This document shows positions 6,618 through 15,489 of a stretch of DNA of 21,749 bases, piece by piece; the first letter of the stretch is position 1, and each line of letters starts with the position of its first letter. The notes below the pieces were generated by a model. It had not been told where the DNA came from, did not search any database, and saw nothing but the letters and a program-made list of their open reading frames with translations. The DNA is from Elusimicrobiota bacterium (GTDB lineage Bacteria; Elusimicrobiota; Elusimicrobia; UBA1565), in the NCBI GenBank assembly GCA_043819795.1, contig JBDREN010000020.1:1-21749 (forward strand), in the 5' to 3' direction. The position numbers were made by a program, and so were the translations under genes.

Positions 6618-6923
6618 TCATTTCCCCGCCTGCGTCGCGCCCGTCTGTCCGTCTCCCGGAAATTGCTTCATGAAGTCCGCGCAGCAGGAGGAGACGCAAC
6701 AGGCGTTGAGCCGGTAGTAGACTTCCTTCCCTTCTTTCCGGGACTCCACGATCTTGGCGTTCTTTAGGATCCCCAGGTGATGCGATATCGAGGGCTGCTT
6801 CATGTCGAAGTGCTTGCAGATGTCCGAGACGGACATCTCCTTGCGCCGCCGCAGGAGCGACATGATCTTGACCCGGTTCGGGTCGGAAACCGCCTTGAAG
6901 AAGCTGCCGCAGTCGAAGTCCAT
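6618..6923 (-). CDS. arsR: ArsR/SmtB family transcriptional repressor
   Basis: FKAVSDPNRVKIMSLL...QPSISHHLGILKNAKIVESRKEGKEVYYRLN, with a C-terminal CCVSSCC. Lies upstream of arsM. Confidence 0.93.
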   Translation of the reverse strand: MDFDCGSFFKAVSDPNRVKIMSLLRRRKEMSVSDICKHFDMKQPSISHHLGILKNAKIVESRKEGKEVYYRLNACCVSSCCADFMKQFPGDGQTGATQAGK

Positions 6924-6940
6924 GAGGTCTCTTATATACG

Positions 6941-6958
6941 TATCGAAATCTGTCTATA
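6941..6958. promoter_or_regulatory. Putative ArsR operator 1 overlapping the expected transcription start
   Basis: TATCGA-aatctg-TCTATA immediately downstream of the -10 box. Confidence 0.72.
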
Positions 6959-6986
6959 TTATATCCCAAGTCCTTCCACCTGTCAA
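6958..6986 (-). promoter_or_regulatory. Consensus sigma70 promoter of the ars operon
   Basis: Minus strand TTGACA (6986-6981), 17-nt spacer, TATAAT (6963-6958). Confidence 0.9.
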
Positions 6987-7069
6987 GAACCAATTCGAAG
7001 CGGGTCCGTAAAACTGGCTCGTGAGCTCATGGAGCGCTATAATAGGGCACATTCGCCGGGAGGGATGCC

Positions 7070-7645
7070 ATGAAAGTCGTCGCGTTCAACGGGAGCGCCC
7101 AGAAAGACGGGAATACGGCGATCCTCATCAACTACGTGCTCGAAGAGCTGCGCAAGGAGGGGATCGAGACGGAGATGATCCAGCTCGCGGGCGTGCGCAT
7201 CCGGGGATGTCTGTCCTGCTTCAAGTGCTTCGAGAACCAGGACCACCTCTGCGCCAACAAGACCGACGAGATCAACTTCTACGTGAACAAGATGCGCAAT
7301 GCCGACGGGATCATCCTCGGTTCGCCCACCTATTTCGCGAACGTGAGCAGCGAGCTGAAGGCCCTCATCGACCGGGCGGGCATGGTGGCCAAGGCCAACG
7401 GGGACATGTTCAAACGGAAGGTGGGCGCCGCGGTGGTCGCCGTGAGGCGCGCGGGCAGCATCCACGTGTTCAATTCCATCAACCACTTCTTCTTCATCAG
7501 CCAGATGGTCGTTCCCGGCTCGAGCTACTGGAACCTGGGCATCGGGCTCAAGAAGGGCGACGTCGAGAAGGACGACGAGGGCATCAAGACCATGAAGGAC
7601 CTGGGCGCGAACATGGCCTGGGTTCTCAAGAGGCTCCAGGGATAG
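7070..7645 (+). CDS. Iron-sulfur flavoprotein (flavodoxin-fold, NADPH-dependent FMN reductase family)
   Basis: MKVVAFNGS...GNT, CLSCFKC-x7-C motif, ADGIILGSPTYF, LKALIDR, RRAG. TATAAT at 7038-7043 and an SD GGAGG lie upstream. Confidence 0.92.
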   Translation: MKVVAFNGSAQKDGNTAILINYVLEELRKEGIETEMIQLAGVRIRGCLSCFKCFENQDHLCANKTDEINFYVNKMRNADGIILGSPTYFANVSSELKALIDRAGMVAKANGDMFKRKVGAAVVAVRRAGSIHVFNSINHFFFISQMVVPGSSYWNLGIGLKKGDVEKDDEGIKTMKDLGANMAWVLKRLQG

Positions 7646-7654
7646 GAGATTTCC

Positions 7655-8803
7655 ATGCCGACGCGCTACCAGATCTTCTCGGAGACGATCCCCTCTCTTC
7701 TGCCCCGGACCACGGCCGAGGTCTACGAGGAGCTCCGCAAACGCTTCCCCGAGCTCTGCGACGACGAGCCCTGCAGCCACACCAAGAGCAAGGGTGTGCT
7801 CGAGTGGCAGCACGAGGCCCGGGCCGCCCAGCAGGGCCTCAAGCAGTCGGGGATCGCCCGGTTCCAGAAGGAGAGCGGAAGGTGGGAGCTGGTGCGCGGG
7901 GCGAGCTTCCAGCTCCACTTCGAGGGCCTGGCGCGAAGAGGCGTCGGCGCGGGAAGGAAGGCCATGATCCCCTTCGCGCCGGGCAAGGAGTATGTCCGGC
8001 GCGAGGTCCATCATGCCTTGGGGGGGCAGGCGCAGTACGGGATCAGCACGCCCGCCCGCCATCCGGTGATCCTGCTCTTCTCCGGTCCGTCGGGCGGGAA
8101 GCACGGCTGGTTCGACCGCTGGACCGAGGACGGGTTCTATCTCTTCGCCGGCGAGGGCCAAAAAGGGGAGGCGGGCCTGGCCAAGGGGAACCTCGCCGTC
8201 GAGAACCACTGGAAGGACGGCAAGGACCTGCACCTTTTCGAGCAGCTCGGCAGGGGCCGGGTCAAGTACGTCGGGCAGATGGCCTTCGTGGGGCGGCACA
8301 CGCAGTACGGACGCGATTCGCGCGGCAAGACGCGCAAGGACATCGTTTTCGAGCTGGCGCCCATCCAGGATATCGTGGGGGTCGAGGAGGATCCGGCCTC
8401 GAGGAGCCGGATCGAGCAGCTCTGGAAGGAGTCGCCCGATACCTTGAGGAGCGAGGCCCTTGGGGACGGACCGGACGCCCGCACCCCGCCGGAGCGCAAG
8501 GCGCGCGTGTGCCAGCGCAGCGAGCGGATCAAGATCTACGCGCGAAAAAGGGCCGGCGGCCGCTGCGAGGGCTGCGGAGCGGCCGCCCCATTCGCGGACC
8601 GGAGGGGCCGCCCCTATTTGGAGGTCCACCACATGCGGCGGCTTTCCGACGGGGGGCCCGATCATCCGCGCTACCTCGCGGCCCTGTGCCCGAACTGCCA
8701 TCGGCGGGCCCACCTTTCCAAGGAAGCTCCCGAGCTCAACAGGGTCCTTCTCGAACGCGTAGCCGTCAAGGAAGAGGAGCCCGCTCTCCCTCCAGGGGAT
8801 TGA
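7655..8803 (+). CDS. Putative modification-dependent (type IV) restriction endonuclease: Mrr_N-like + SRA-like + HNH
   Basis: N-terminal WQHEARAAQQGLKQSG...GRWEL. Middle GGQAQYGIS...GEGQKG...GNLAVENHWKDGKDLHLFE. C-terminal CEGC...YLEVHH...GGPD...LCPNCHRRAH. Confidence 0.82.
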   Translation: MPTRYQIFSETIPSLLPRTTAEVYEELRKRFPELCDDEPCSHTKSKGVLEWQHEARAAQQGLKQSGIARFQKESGRWELVRGASFQLHFEGLARRGVGAGRKAMIPFAPGKEYVRREVHHALGGQAQYGISTPARHPVILLFSGPSGGKHGWFDRWTEDGFYLFAGEGQKGEAGLAKGNLAVENHWKDGKDLHLFEQLGRGRVKYVGQMAFVGRHTQYGRDSRGKTRKDIVFELAPIQDIVGVEEDPASRSRIEQLWKESPDTLRSEALGDGPDARTPPERKARVCQRSERIKIYARKRAGGRCEGCGAAAPFADRRGRPYLEVHHMRRLSDGGPDHPRYLAALCPNCHRRAHLSKEAPELNRVLLERVAVKEEEPALPPGD

Positions 8804-9028
8804 TCATGCAGCGCAGCACCCCTGAAAGACGTTGTTGTAGGTGATGATGGGGTTCCTCTTGACCCTGCCCCTGAGCAGGGGCAGGCGGACGACCCCGTAG
8901 CCCATGGCCGCGAGCCGCTCCGCGATCTCGTCGAGTTTCCCGGCGTCCAGTTCGCTGATCCGGATCAGCCCGTTGACGCCGAGCCCGCCCGTGTAGACCG
9001 TGTCGGGATGCCGCGAGCCCGTGCGCCG
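8804..9028 (-). pseudogene. Startless gene fragment, possibly from an amidinotransferase/peptidylarginine-deiminase-like protein
   Basis: 75-codon frame between TAG (9031-9029) and TGA (8806-8804): ...HPDTVYTGGLGVNGLIRISELDAGKLDEIAERLAAMGYGVVRLPLLRGRVKRNPIITYNNVFQGCCAA. Codon use is GC3-rich and it is absent from the ORF track. The family guess rests on the LDxIAxxL...TYNNV pattern. Confidence 0.5.
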
Positions 9029-9105
9029 CTAATGCGTTCGTGGATCGACCGCGATATGATACATTACCGCGCGGGCGGCCGGTGCGGTCTCTCAGGAGGG
9101 ACGCA

Positions 9106-10047
9106 ATGAGATACCCTTTCCGAGGTTCAGCGTGCGTCTTGGCATTCGGGCTTCTGCTCGGCTGCGGGATGTCCATGGACGAGATGAAGGGCGCGATCCA
9201 CAAGGCGTGCGCCGACGGCGACATGGGGACGGTCCGCGCGATCCTCAAGAAGGCTCCCTCGCTCATCGAGCATCCCAACGCCAAGCGCGGCGGGAGGACT
9301 CCCCTGCACTTCGCCGGCGCCGCGGAAATCGCCGAGTTCCTGATAGAGCAAGGCGCGGACGCGACGGCCACCGACAGGCTGGGATGGACGCCTCTGCACA
9401 CGGCGGCGAGCGAGGGCGTCGCCAGGATACTCCTCGACAATGGCGCGGACGTCCGGGCGAAGGCTCAGCGCGACCTGACTCCCCTGCACACCGCGGCCAA
9501 CGAGGAGGTCGCGCGGCTGCTGATCAGCCGCGGGGCGAACGTGCGGGGAGAGCCCGACCCCTCGCGCAACTACGGCAAGTACGGCGACAGGGACACTCCC
9601 CTGTACTGGGCCATCCTGGACCACCGCGCCGACGTGGCGCGCGTCCTGCTCGAGAGCGGGGCGGACGCGGACCAGATGCTCGTCGGCGACAAGAACCTGC
9701 TCCACTTCGCGGCCTCCATGGGAGCGGCCGACTGCATCGGAGCCCTGGTCCAGCACGGGCTGCGCGTCTACCGGACGGACAGGCTCGGCGCCACGCCGCT
9801 GCATGAGGCCGTGGTCAAGGACCAGGTGAAGGCGGCGGAAAAGCTTCTTGAGCTGGGCGCGGACGCGAACGCCCGGCTGTCCCGGCACGTGGCCATCCAA
9901 ACCAACAACCCCAACCGCGTCGGGCCCCACGCCGGGACCTGGGGCACGGGCCTGGACCTGAAGGCCGCCGGCGGGAAGACGCCCCTGGCGATCGCCCAGT
10001 CGGACGCCATGAAGGAGCTGCTGCGGAAGTACGGGGGTTCCGAATAG
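9106..10047 (+). CDS. Ankyrin-repeat lipoprotein
   Basis: SD AGGAGG precedes ATG 9106. Lipobox LLGC, and repeated TPLHxA...LLxxGADxxA motifs. Confidence 0.9.
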   Translation: MRYPFRGSACVLAFGLLLGCGMSMDEMKGAIHKACADGDMGTVRAILKKAPSLIEHPNAKRGGRTPLHFAGAAEIAEFLIEQGADATATDRLGWTPLHTAASEGVARILLDNGADVRAKAQRDLTPLHTAANEEVARLLISRGANVRGEPDPSRNYGKYGDRDTPLYWAILDHRADVARVLLESGADADQMLVGDKNLLHFAASMGAADCIGALVQHGLRVYRTDRLGATPLHEAVVKDQVKAAEKLLELGADANARLSRHVAIQTNNPNRVGPHAGTWGTGLDLKAAGGKTPLAIAQSDAMKELLRKYGGSE

Positions 10048-10060
10048 CGGGAAGGACCGG

Positions 10061-10921
10061 TCAGTCCGTCTGGCTCCATACCCTGCGGATATCGTCCTCG
10101 AGGACGGCCTGCATGCCCCACGAGCCGTAGGGATCGGGGAGCTCGAAGGTCTCGATCGCCTTCTCCAAAGAGTCCCCGCGGTCCTTATGCTTCTTGACCG
10201 CGGCCTGGAAGTCCGTCAGGAAACGGCGGAACCTCTCGATGCCCTCCGCGTCCGTCAGCGGGCCGTGGCCGGGCACGACCGTCCCGGGCGCGAGCGCGCT
10301 CAGCTGGCCCAGGGCCTGGGCCCACTGCCAGACGTAGGCCTCCTTCATATACCCGATGGACCCGTTGAAGAGCAGGTCGCCGGCGATCAGGATCTTCTCC
10401 TTGGGGAGCCAGACGTACAGGTTGTCGTCGGTATGAGCCTTCCCCGGGAACCGGATCTGGACCTCGCGGCCGCGGATCAACGTGATCCCGTCGCGTATGA
10501 CCGCGCTCGGCGGGACGGCCGGCGGGTCTTTCCGGAGCAGGGACTGGCGCGTCCGGACATGGGCGATGATCTCGGTCCCTTCGGGGAAGGCGGACGCTCC
10601 GCCCACATGGTCGCCGTGGGAGTGCGTGTACACGAGGTAGCGCACCGGCTTCTTGGTGATCTTGCCGATCTCCTTGAGCAGGGCTTTTGCGGCCTCCGGC
10701 GTCTTGTGGCTGTCGACCACCAGAACGCTGTCGGAGAGCTCGATGAAGGCGGAGTTGGAGACCGCGGGCGTCCGGGGCTCCGGGGTGACGGCCGCGTAGA
10801 CGCCTTCGGCCAGCTTCCGGACCTCGAAGAGGACTTGGCCGCCGCTTTGGACCTCCTTGGCGCGTATCGGGACCGCGGCGCCCAGCAGGGCGCAGCAAAG
10901 CAGGATGGCTTGGGTTCTCAT
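10061..10921 (-). CDS. Secreted metallo-beta-lactamase-fold hydrolase (cyclase-like)
   Basis: Signal peptide, THSHGDHVGG, AHT, AGDL and VVPGHG motifs; SD GGAGG. Confidence 0.9.
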   Translation of the reverse strand: MRTQAILLCCALLGAAVPIRAKEVQSGGQVLFEVRKLAEGVYAAVTPEPRTPAVSNSAFIELSDSVLVVDSHKTPEAAKALLKEIGKITKKPVRYLVYTHSHGDHVGGASAFPEGTEIIAHVRTRQSLLRKDPPAVPPSAVIRDGITLIRGREVQIRFPGKAHTDDNLYVWLPKEKILIAGDLLFNGSIGYMKEAYVWQWAQALGQLSALAPGTVVPGHGPLTDAEGIERFRRFLTDFQAAVKKHKDRGDSLEKAIETFELPDPYGSWGMQAVLEDDIRRVWSQTD

Positions 10922-10992
10922 GGGTTCCTCCTCCGGTTATACTACCTGATTTCGGACCGGCCCGGCGAGACGGGTTTTTGTATGATTTGCGC

Positions 10993-11727
10993 GTGAGCTT
11001 CGCCACTTGGGCGGTCCTCCCCGCGGCCGCGTATCTGGCCGCCGCGGTGTCGGGGATGCTGGGAATGGCGGGGGGGATCTCGCTCTTGGGCGTGATGACG
11101 GCCGTCCTCCCGGCCGGCCATGTCGTCCCGATCCATGGCGCCGTCCAGCTCGTATCGAACATCACGCGGACGCTCGTCTATCTGCGCCATGTCTACTGGA
11201 GGGTGTTCTTTACCTTCGCCCCCACGGTCCTGCTCGGCGCCGCCGCGGCGGCGGCCGTGTGGTCGGGCGGGAAGCTGGCCTGGTTCCGCCCCGGCATCGG
11301 TGTATTCATCCTCGCGTTCCTGGTCTGGAGGCGCCGCGCGCCCAAGCTGCGCAACCTCCCGCTGTGGACCTACCTCCCTCTCGGCCTGGTCACGGGCTTC
11401 CTGGCGATCTTCGTCGGGGCGATCGGGCCGTTCATCGCGCCGTTCTTCCTCCGCGACGATTTCCCGAAGGAGCGGGTGATCGCCACGAAGGCCGTGTGCC
11501 AGGCCTGGACGCACGTCTTGAAGATCCCCGCGTTCCTGGCGCTAGGCTTCGACTATTTCGCCCACGGGAAGCTGACCGCGGTCCTGCTGGCCTGCGTCGT
11601 TTTCGGCACCCTGACCGGGAGGTGGCTGCTCTCCCGCCTCAAGCAGGAGACTTTCGTCGTGCTCTACGAGGCGGTGCTGGGGGCCATCGCGCTCTACCTC
11701 ATCGTCTCGGGGAGGCCCGGCGCATGA
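10993..11727 (+). CDS. TauE/SafE family sulfite exporter
   Basis: Multi-TM protein with SGMLGMAGG and VGAIGP motifs. GTG 10993 lies 6 nt after TATGAT (10981-10986). The start is uncertain. Confidence 0.85.
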   Translation: MSFATWAVLPAAAYLAAAVSGMLGMAGGISLLGVMTAVLPAGHVVPIHGAVQLVSNITRTLVYLRHVYWRVFFTFAPTVLLGAAAAAAVWSGGKLAWFRPGIGVFILAFLVWRRRAPKLRNLPLWTYLPLGLVTGFLAIFVGAIGPFIAPFFLRDDFPKERVIATKAVCQAWTHVLKIPAFLALGFDYFAHGKLTAVLLACVVFGTLTGRWLLSRLKQETFVVLYEAVLGAIALYLIVSGRPGA

Positions 11728-12485
11728 CGGAGCTTTCCGCGAGCGGCCCGGAGCGGCCGGACGGACGGCCCGCTCCTTGGGGCCTATGGGCGACGCTGGC
11801 TCTGGCCGCCGCTGTGGCGGCCGCCTTCCTCGGGGCGCAGGGCGTCGTCTTCGGCGGCTACGCGGCCTTCCGGACTCTTCGGGATCCGGGGCTCGACGTG
11901 CTCGCCTTGGCGGCCGAGCTGCAGACCGACGGCACTCTCCTGGCCGCCGCTCTTTGCGTGTCCGCGCCGATCGGCATCGCGCTGAGCGCGTTGTGCGGAT
12001 GGTCGAGGGGGGGATGGTCGGCGGCCGGCTACCTGGCGCTCGTCCGCATCGAGCTGCCGACGCTCTTGCGCTGGCTGGGCTGCGCGGTCCTCTTCGCCGC
12101 CGCGTCCGACGGGCTCACGCTGCTTCTGGGACGTCCGGTCGTCCCGGAGTTCGTGGCGAAGGCCTACGCCACGGCCGCGGTCGCGCCCCTGCTGTGGTTC
12201 GCCTTCGTCGTCGCCGCACCGGCCTTCGAGGAAGTGTTCTTCCGCGGGTTCCTGTTCCGCGGGCTGGAGGCATCGCGACTCGGCGGCCGCGGGGCCGTGG
12301 CCGGCACGGCCCTGGCCTTCGGCGTGATGCACCTGCAATACGATCTCTATGGGATGGCGACGGCCGTGGCGATCGGAGTCCTGCTGGGAGTGGCGCGCCT
12401 GCGGACGGGCTCGACGCTCGCGAGCTTCGCGATGCACGCCTTCATGAACCTCATCGCCACGCTGGAGGCCGGACTGCTGGGGTAA
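11724..12485 (+). CDS. CPBP (Abi/CAAX) family intramembrane metalloprotease
   Basis: EEVFFRG, FGVMH and HAFMN motifs. ATGA overlap with the TauE stop. Confidence 0.92.
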   Translation: MTELSASGPERPDGRPAPWGLWATLALAAAVAAAFLGAQGVVFGGYAAFRTLRDPGLDVLALAAELQTDGTLLAAALCVSAPIGIALSALCGWSRGGWSAAGYLALVRIELPTLLRWLGCAVLFAAASDGLTLLLGRPVVPEFVAKAYATAAVAPLLWFAFVVAAPAFEEVFFRGFLFRGLEASRLGGRGAVAGTALAFGVMHLQYDLYGMATAVAIGVLLGVARLRTGSTLASFAMHAFMNLIATLEAGLLG

Positions 12486-12505
12486 GGGGCCGCCGCCCGC
12501 GGACC

Positions 12506-13897
12506 TCAGCCCGAGTTCTTGATCCGGGAGAGCTCGTCGAAGAGGTGGATGGATCCCCGGATGGCCTTCTGGAAATCGCCGAGGTGCAGGCTTTCGTTCT
12601 CGGAGTGCGGGTTCGAGAACGGGTCCTCCACGCCGATGAGGAGCGCCGGCGCGCCGCCGAGCGCTTTCGAGAAGGGCCCGACGAACGGGATCGAGCCGCC
12701 CGAACCGAGGAAGACCGCGTCGCGCTTGTATCCATTGCTCAGCGCCCGCTTGGCCGCTTGAAACACGGGTCCCGACGGGTCGGTCAGCCACCACGGGGCC
12801 AACGTCGGAGGGCCGAACTCCACCTTCACCCCCCACGGGGCCTCCCTCTTGAGGTGGCTCATGAGGAGCTTGGCGGTCCGGGCCGGCTCCATATTCGGGA
12901 CGATGCGGATGCCGATGTGGCACCAGGCGCTCTCGTGGATGATGTTCGGGACCTCCCCGCGGGAGCCGGCCTGGATCGCGTTGACCGAGACCGAGGGCTC
13001 GCGCCACATCTTGACGGCGGGAGCGCTCTTGCCGCCCACCAGGGAGACGCCGGGCAGGACCTGCGCCTGCTTGCGGAAGTCGCGGTCCGAGTAGCGCAGC
13101 GACGAGTAGTTCCTGCGTTCCAGCGCGGTGAGGGGCCGCACGTTCTTGTATATCCCCGGGATCGCCAGGCGTCCGTCGCGGTCGGTCATAGACGCTATCA
13201 TCTTCGAGAGCGCCATGACCGGGTCGGGAAGCGGGCCGCCCCAGCAGCCGGAGTGCAGCGGGTGGTCGGCGGTCCGCACGGTCACGTCCATGGCCACCAG
13301 TCCGCGAAGGCTCGTCGTGATGCCGGGGACGCCGGTGTCGTAGTTCCCGGTGTCGGCCAGCACCATCACGTCCGCGCGCGTGAGGCGCGCGTACTTCTTC
13401 AGGAACGCCTCCAGGTGGTCCGAGCCGATCTCTTCCTCGCCTTCGATGATGACCTTGACGTTGAGCGGGAGGCGGCCGGCGGTCTTGAGATACGCCTCGA
13501 CCGCGCTCGCGTGCACGCAGACGCCGGCCTTGTCGTCGGCCGTTCCCCGGCCGTAGAGCCGGCCGTCGCGCTGGGTCGGCGCGTAGGGCGGGCTCTCCCA
13601 GAGCTCCTTGCGGCCCGGGGGCTGCACGTCGTGATGTGCGTAGAGCAGGATCGTCGGCTTGCCCGGGGCGTGAAGCCAGTCGCCGTAGACGTACGGGTGC
13701 GCGTCCGGGAGGCGCAGGACGCGGACGTGCTCGAGGCCCGCTCGGCTCAAAAGGGCGGCGACGGCGTCGGCCGAGCGCGAGAGCTCGACCGCCGGCATGC
13801 CGGGGAAACTGCAGCTGGGGATGCGGACGAGCTTCGAGAGCTCGGCCACGGACTGATCATGGTGGGACTCACAATAGCGCAAGGCTTTTTCCAACAT
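12506..13897 (-). CDS. M20/M25/M40 family metallopeptidase (dipeptidase-like)
   Basis: YAHHDVQPP, LYGRGTADDK, EGEEEIGS and HSENE motifs. SD GGAGG precedes ATG 13897. Confidence 0.94.
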   Translation of the reverse strand: MLEKALRYCESHHDQSVAELSKLVRIPSCSFPGMPAVELSRSADAVAALLSRAGLEHVRVLRLPDAHPYVYGDWLHAPGKPTILLYAHHDVQPPGRKELWESPPYAPTQRDGRLYGRGTADDKAGVCVHASAVEAYLKTAGRLPLNVKVIIEGEEEIGSDHLEAFLKKYARLTRADVMVLADTGNYDTGVPGITTSLRGLVAMDVTVRTADHPLHSGCWGGPLPDPVMALSKMIASMTDRDGRLAIPGIYKNVRPLTALERRNYSSLRYSDRDFRKQAQVLPGVSLVGGKSAPAVKMWREPSVSVNAIQAGSRGEVPNIIHESAWCHIGIRIVPNMEPARTAKLLMSHLKREAPWGVKVEFGPPTLAPWWLTDPSGPVFQAAKRALSNGYKRDAVFLGSGGSIPFVGPFSKALGGAPALLIGVEDPFSNPHSENESLHLGDFQKAIRGSIHLFDELSRIKNSG

Positions 13898-13920
13898 GGG
13901 GGACCCTCCGGACACGCACC

Positions 13921-13949
13921 ATGATAGCCGCCTCGCGCCCCGGCGTCAA
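13921..13949 (-). promoter_or_regulatory. Sigma70-type promoter of the M20 peptidase gene
   Basis: Minus strand TTGACG-17 nt-TATCAT. Confidence 0.7.
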
Positions 13950-13994
13950 GCTGGAAATAAGGCGGGCCGCATCGCTCGCCGAAGCTCGACGAGT

Positions 13995-14003
13995 TGATAT
14001 AAT
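13995..14003 (+). promoter_or_regulatory. Extended -10 promoter of the aldehyde dehydrogenase gene (near-leaderless)
   Basis: TGaTATAAT 9 nt upstream of ATG 14013, with no SD. Confidence 0.7.
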
Positions 14004-14012
14004 ACCTCCGCC

Positions 14013-15479
14013 ATGCCCGACGCGCCCCCGTCCCAGGAAGGATTCATCCCCGCGATCATGGTCCGCAACCACAACCCCGTGGAGATCGCCAAGATATTCT
14101 CCCGCGCCCGAGCGGCGCAGGACCAATGGCGGCGTTACTCGCTCACCCAGCGCGTCCGGGCTTTGCGCGGCCTCTGGTCGCTCGTGCAGGATTCGCGCGA
14201 GCGCGTCGTGTCCGTGGTCCACGGTGAGACCGGAAAGCCGGTCGCGGAGATCGAGTCGATGGAGATCGACGGGGCCGAGCTCATCCTCAAGTTCTTCACC
14301 CGCAACGCGCACCGGATACTGCAGGACCAGGCCGTGCCCCGCCCGTGGCCGCTCCTCAACAAGCGCGCCTACGTGCGCCACGTGCCGCGGGGCACTGTCG
14401 GCCTGATCACGCCGTGGAACATGCCGTTTCTCATCCCGTTCGGGGACGCGATCCCGGCTCTGCTCGCCGGCAACGCCGTGGTGCTCAAGCCTTCGGAATG
14501 GACGACCGGTACGGCCCTTCTCATCGAGGACCGCGTCCGGGCGTCCGGACTGTTCCCGGAGGGACTGCTCCAGGTCGCCGTGGGGGACGCCACGGTCGGC
14601 GCGCAGGTGGCTCACGACGCGGACATGGTCGTGTTCACCGGCTCGACGAGCGCGGGCCGGAAGGTCGCCGCGGCCGCGGCCGAGCGGCTCGTCCCCGTCG
14701 TCCTCGAGCTCGGCGGCAAGCACCCGATGATCGTCGCCGAGGACGCGCCGCTCCGGCGCGCCGCCAAGGCGGCCGTCTGGGGGGGCTTTGCCAACTGCGG
14801 GCAGCTCTGCGTGGGGGTGGAGCGGGTGTTCGTCGAGAAGTCCGTCTACGAGCGCTTCGTCCAGGCGGTCGAGGCGGAGATCGCCGCCCTGCGCCAGGGG
14901 CTCAACGGCGGCTACGACGTGGACGTCGGCCGCCTGATCGTGCCCGGGCAGTTGGAGGTCGTCGAGCGCCACATCGAGGACGCGCGCGCCAAGGGCGCCC
15001 GCGTGAGCGGGGGGGAGGTCCTCGACCGGAAGAGCCTCCTCGTCTCGCCGGCGCTGGTCCTCGACGCCAAGCCCGACATGCTCGTCATGAGGGAGGAGAC
15101 CTTCGGCCCGGTGCTCCCCATTATGCCGGTGCGCACCGTATCGGAGGCCATCCGTCTCGCCAACGACGGCCCCCACGGCCTGGCCGCGAGCGTCTGGACC
15201 CGGGACCTCTCGCGCGGCGAGGAGTGGGCCGCGCTCCTGGAGGCGGGTCTCGTGAGCGTCAACGACCTGCTCAGCCACTATGTCGTGTGCTCTCTGCCGT
15301 TCGGAGGGTTCAAGGACTCGGGGCTCGGACGGCGCCATTCCGACGAGGGCCTGCGCATGTTCTGCGAGCCCCAGTCGGTCCTGGTGCACGAGTGGCCGGC
15401 CGACACGCCCGAGCTGTGGTGGTTCCCCTACGACCGGCTCAAGTCCCGCATCCTCTCCTGGCTCGCCCGCCTGAGCTGA
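14013..15479 (+). CDS. Aldehyde dehydrogenase family protein
   Basis: ITPWNMP, LKPSE, FTGST, LELGGK, catalytic NCGQLC, EETFGP and PFGGFKDSG. Confidence 0.95.
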   Translation: MPDAPPSQEGFIPAIMVRNHNPVEIAKIFSRARAAQDQWRRYSLTQRVRALRGLWSLVQDSRERVVSVVHGETGKPVAEIESMEIDGAELILKFFTRNAHRILQDQAVPRPWPLLNKRAYVRHVPRGTVGLITPWNMPFLIPFGDAIPALLAGNAVVLKPSEWTTGTALLIEDRVRASGLFPEGLLQVAVGDATVGAQVAHDADMVVFTGSTSAGRKVAAAAAERLVPVVLELGGKHPMIVAEDAPLRRAAKAAVWGGFANCGQLCVGVERVFVEKSVYERFVQAVEAEIAALRQGLNGGYDVDVGRLIVPGQLEVVERHIEDARAKGARVSGGEVLDRKSLLVSPALVLDAKPDMLVMREETFGPVLPIMPVRTVSEAIRLANDGPHGLAASVWTRDLSRGEEWAALLEAGLVSVNDLLSHYVVCSLPFGGFKDSGLGRRHSDEGLRMFCEPQSVLVHEWPADTPELWWFPYDRLKSRILSWLARLS

Positions 15480-15489
15480 GCCGCGGCTT

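Noticed and set aside
10061..10921. Antibiotic-resistance metallo-beta-lactamase
   Set aside because: It has the generic HxHxDH fold with GD at the position of the B1 Cys ligand. Nothing specific supports beta-lactamase activity.
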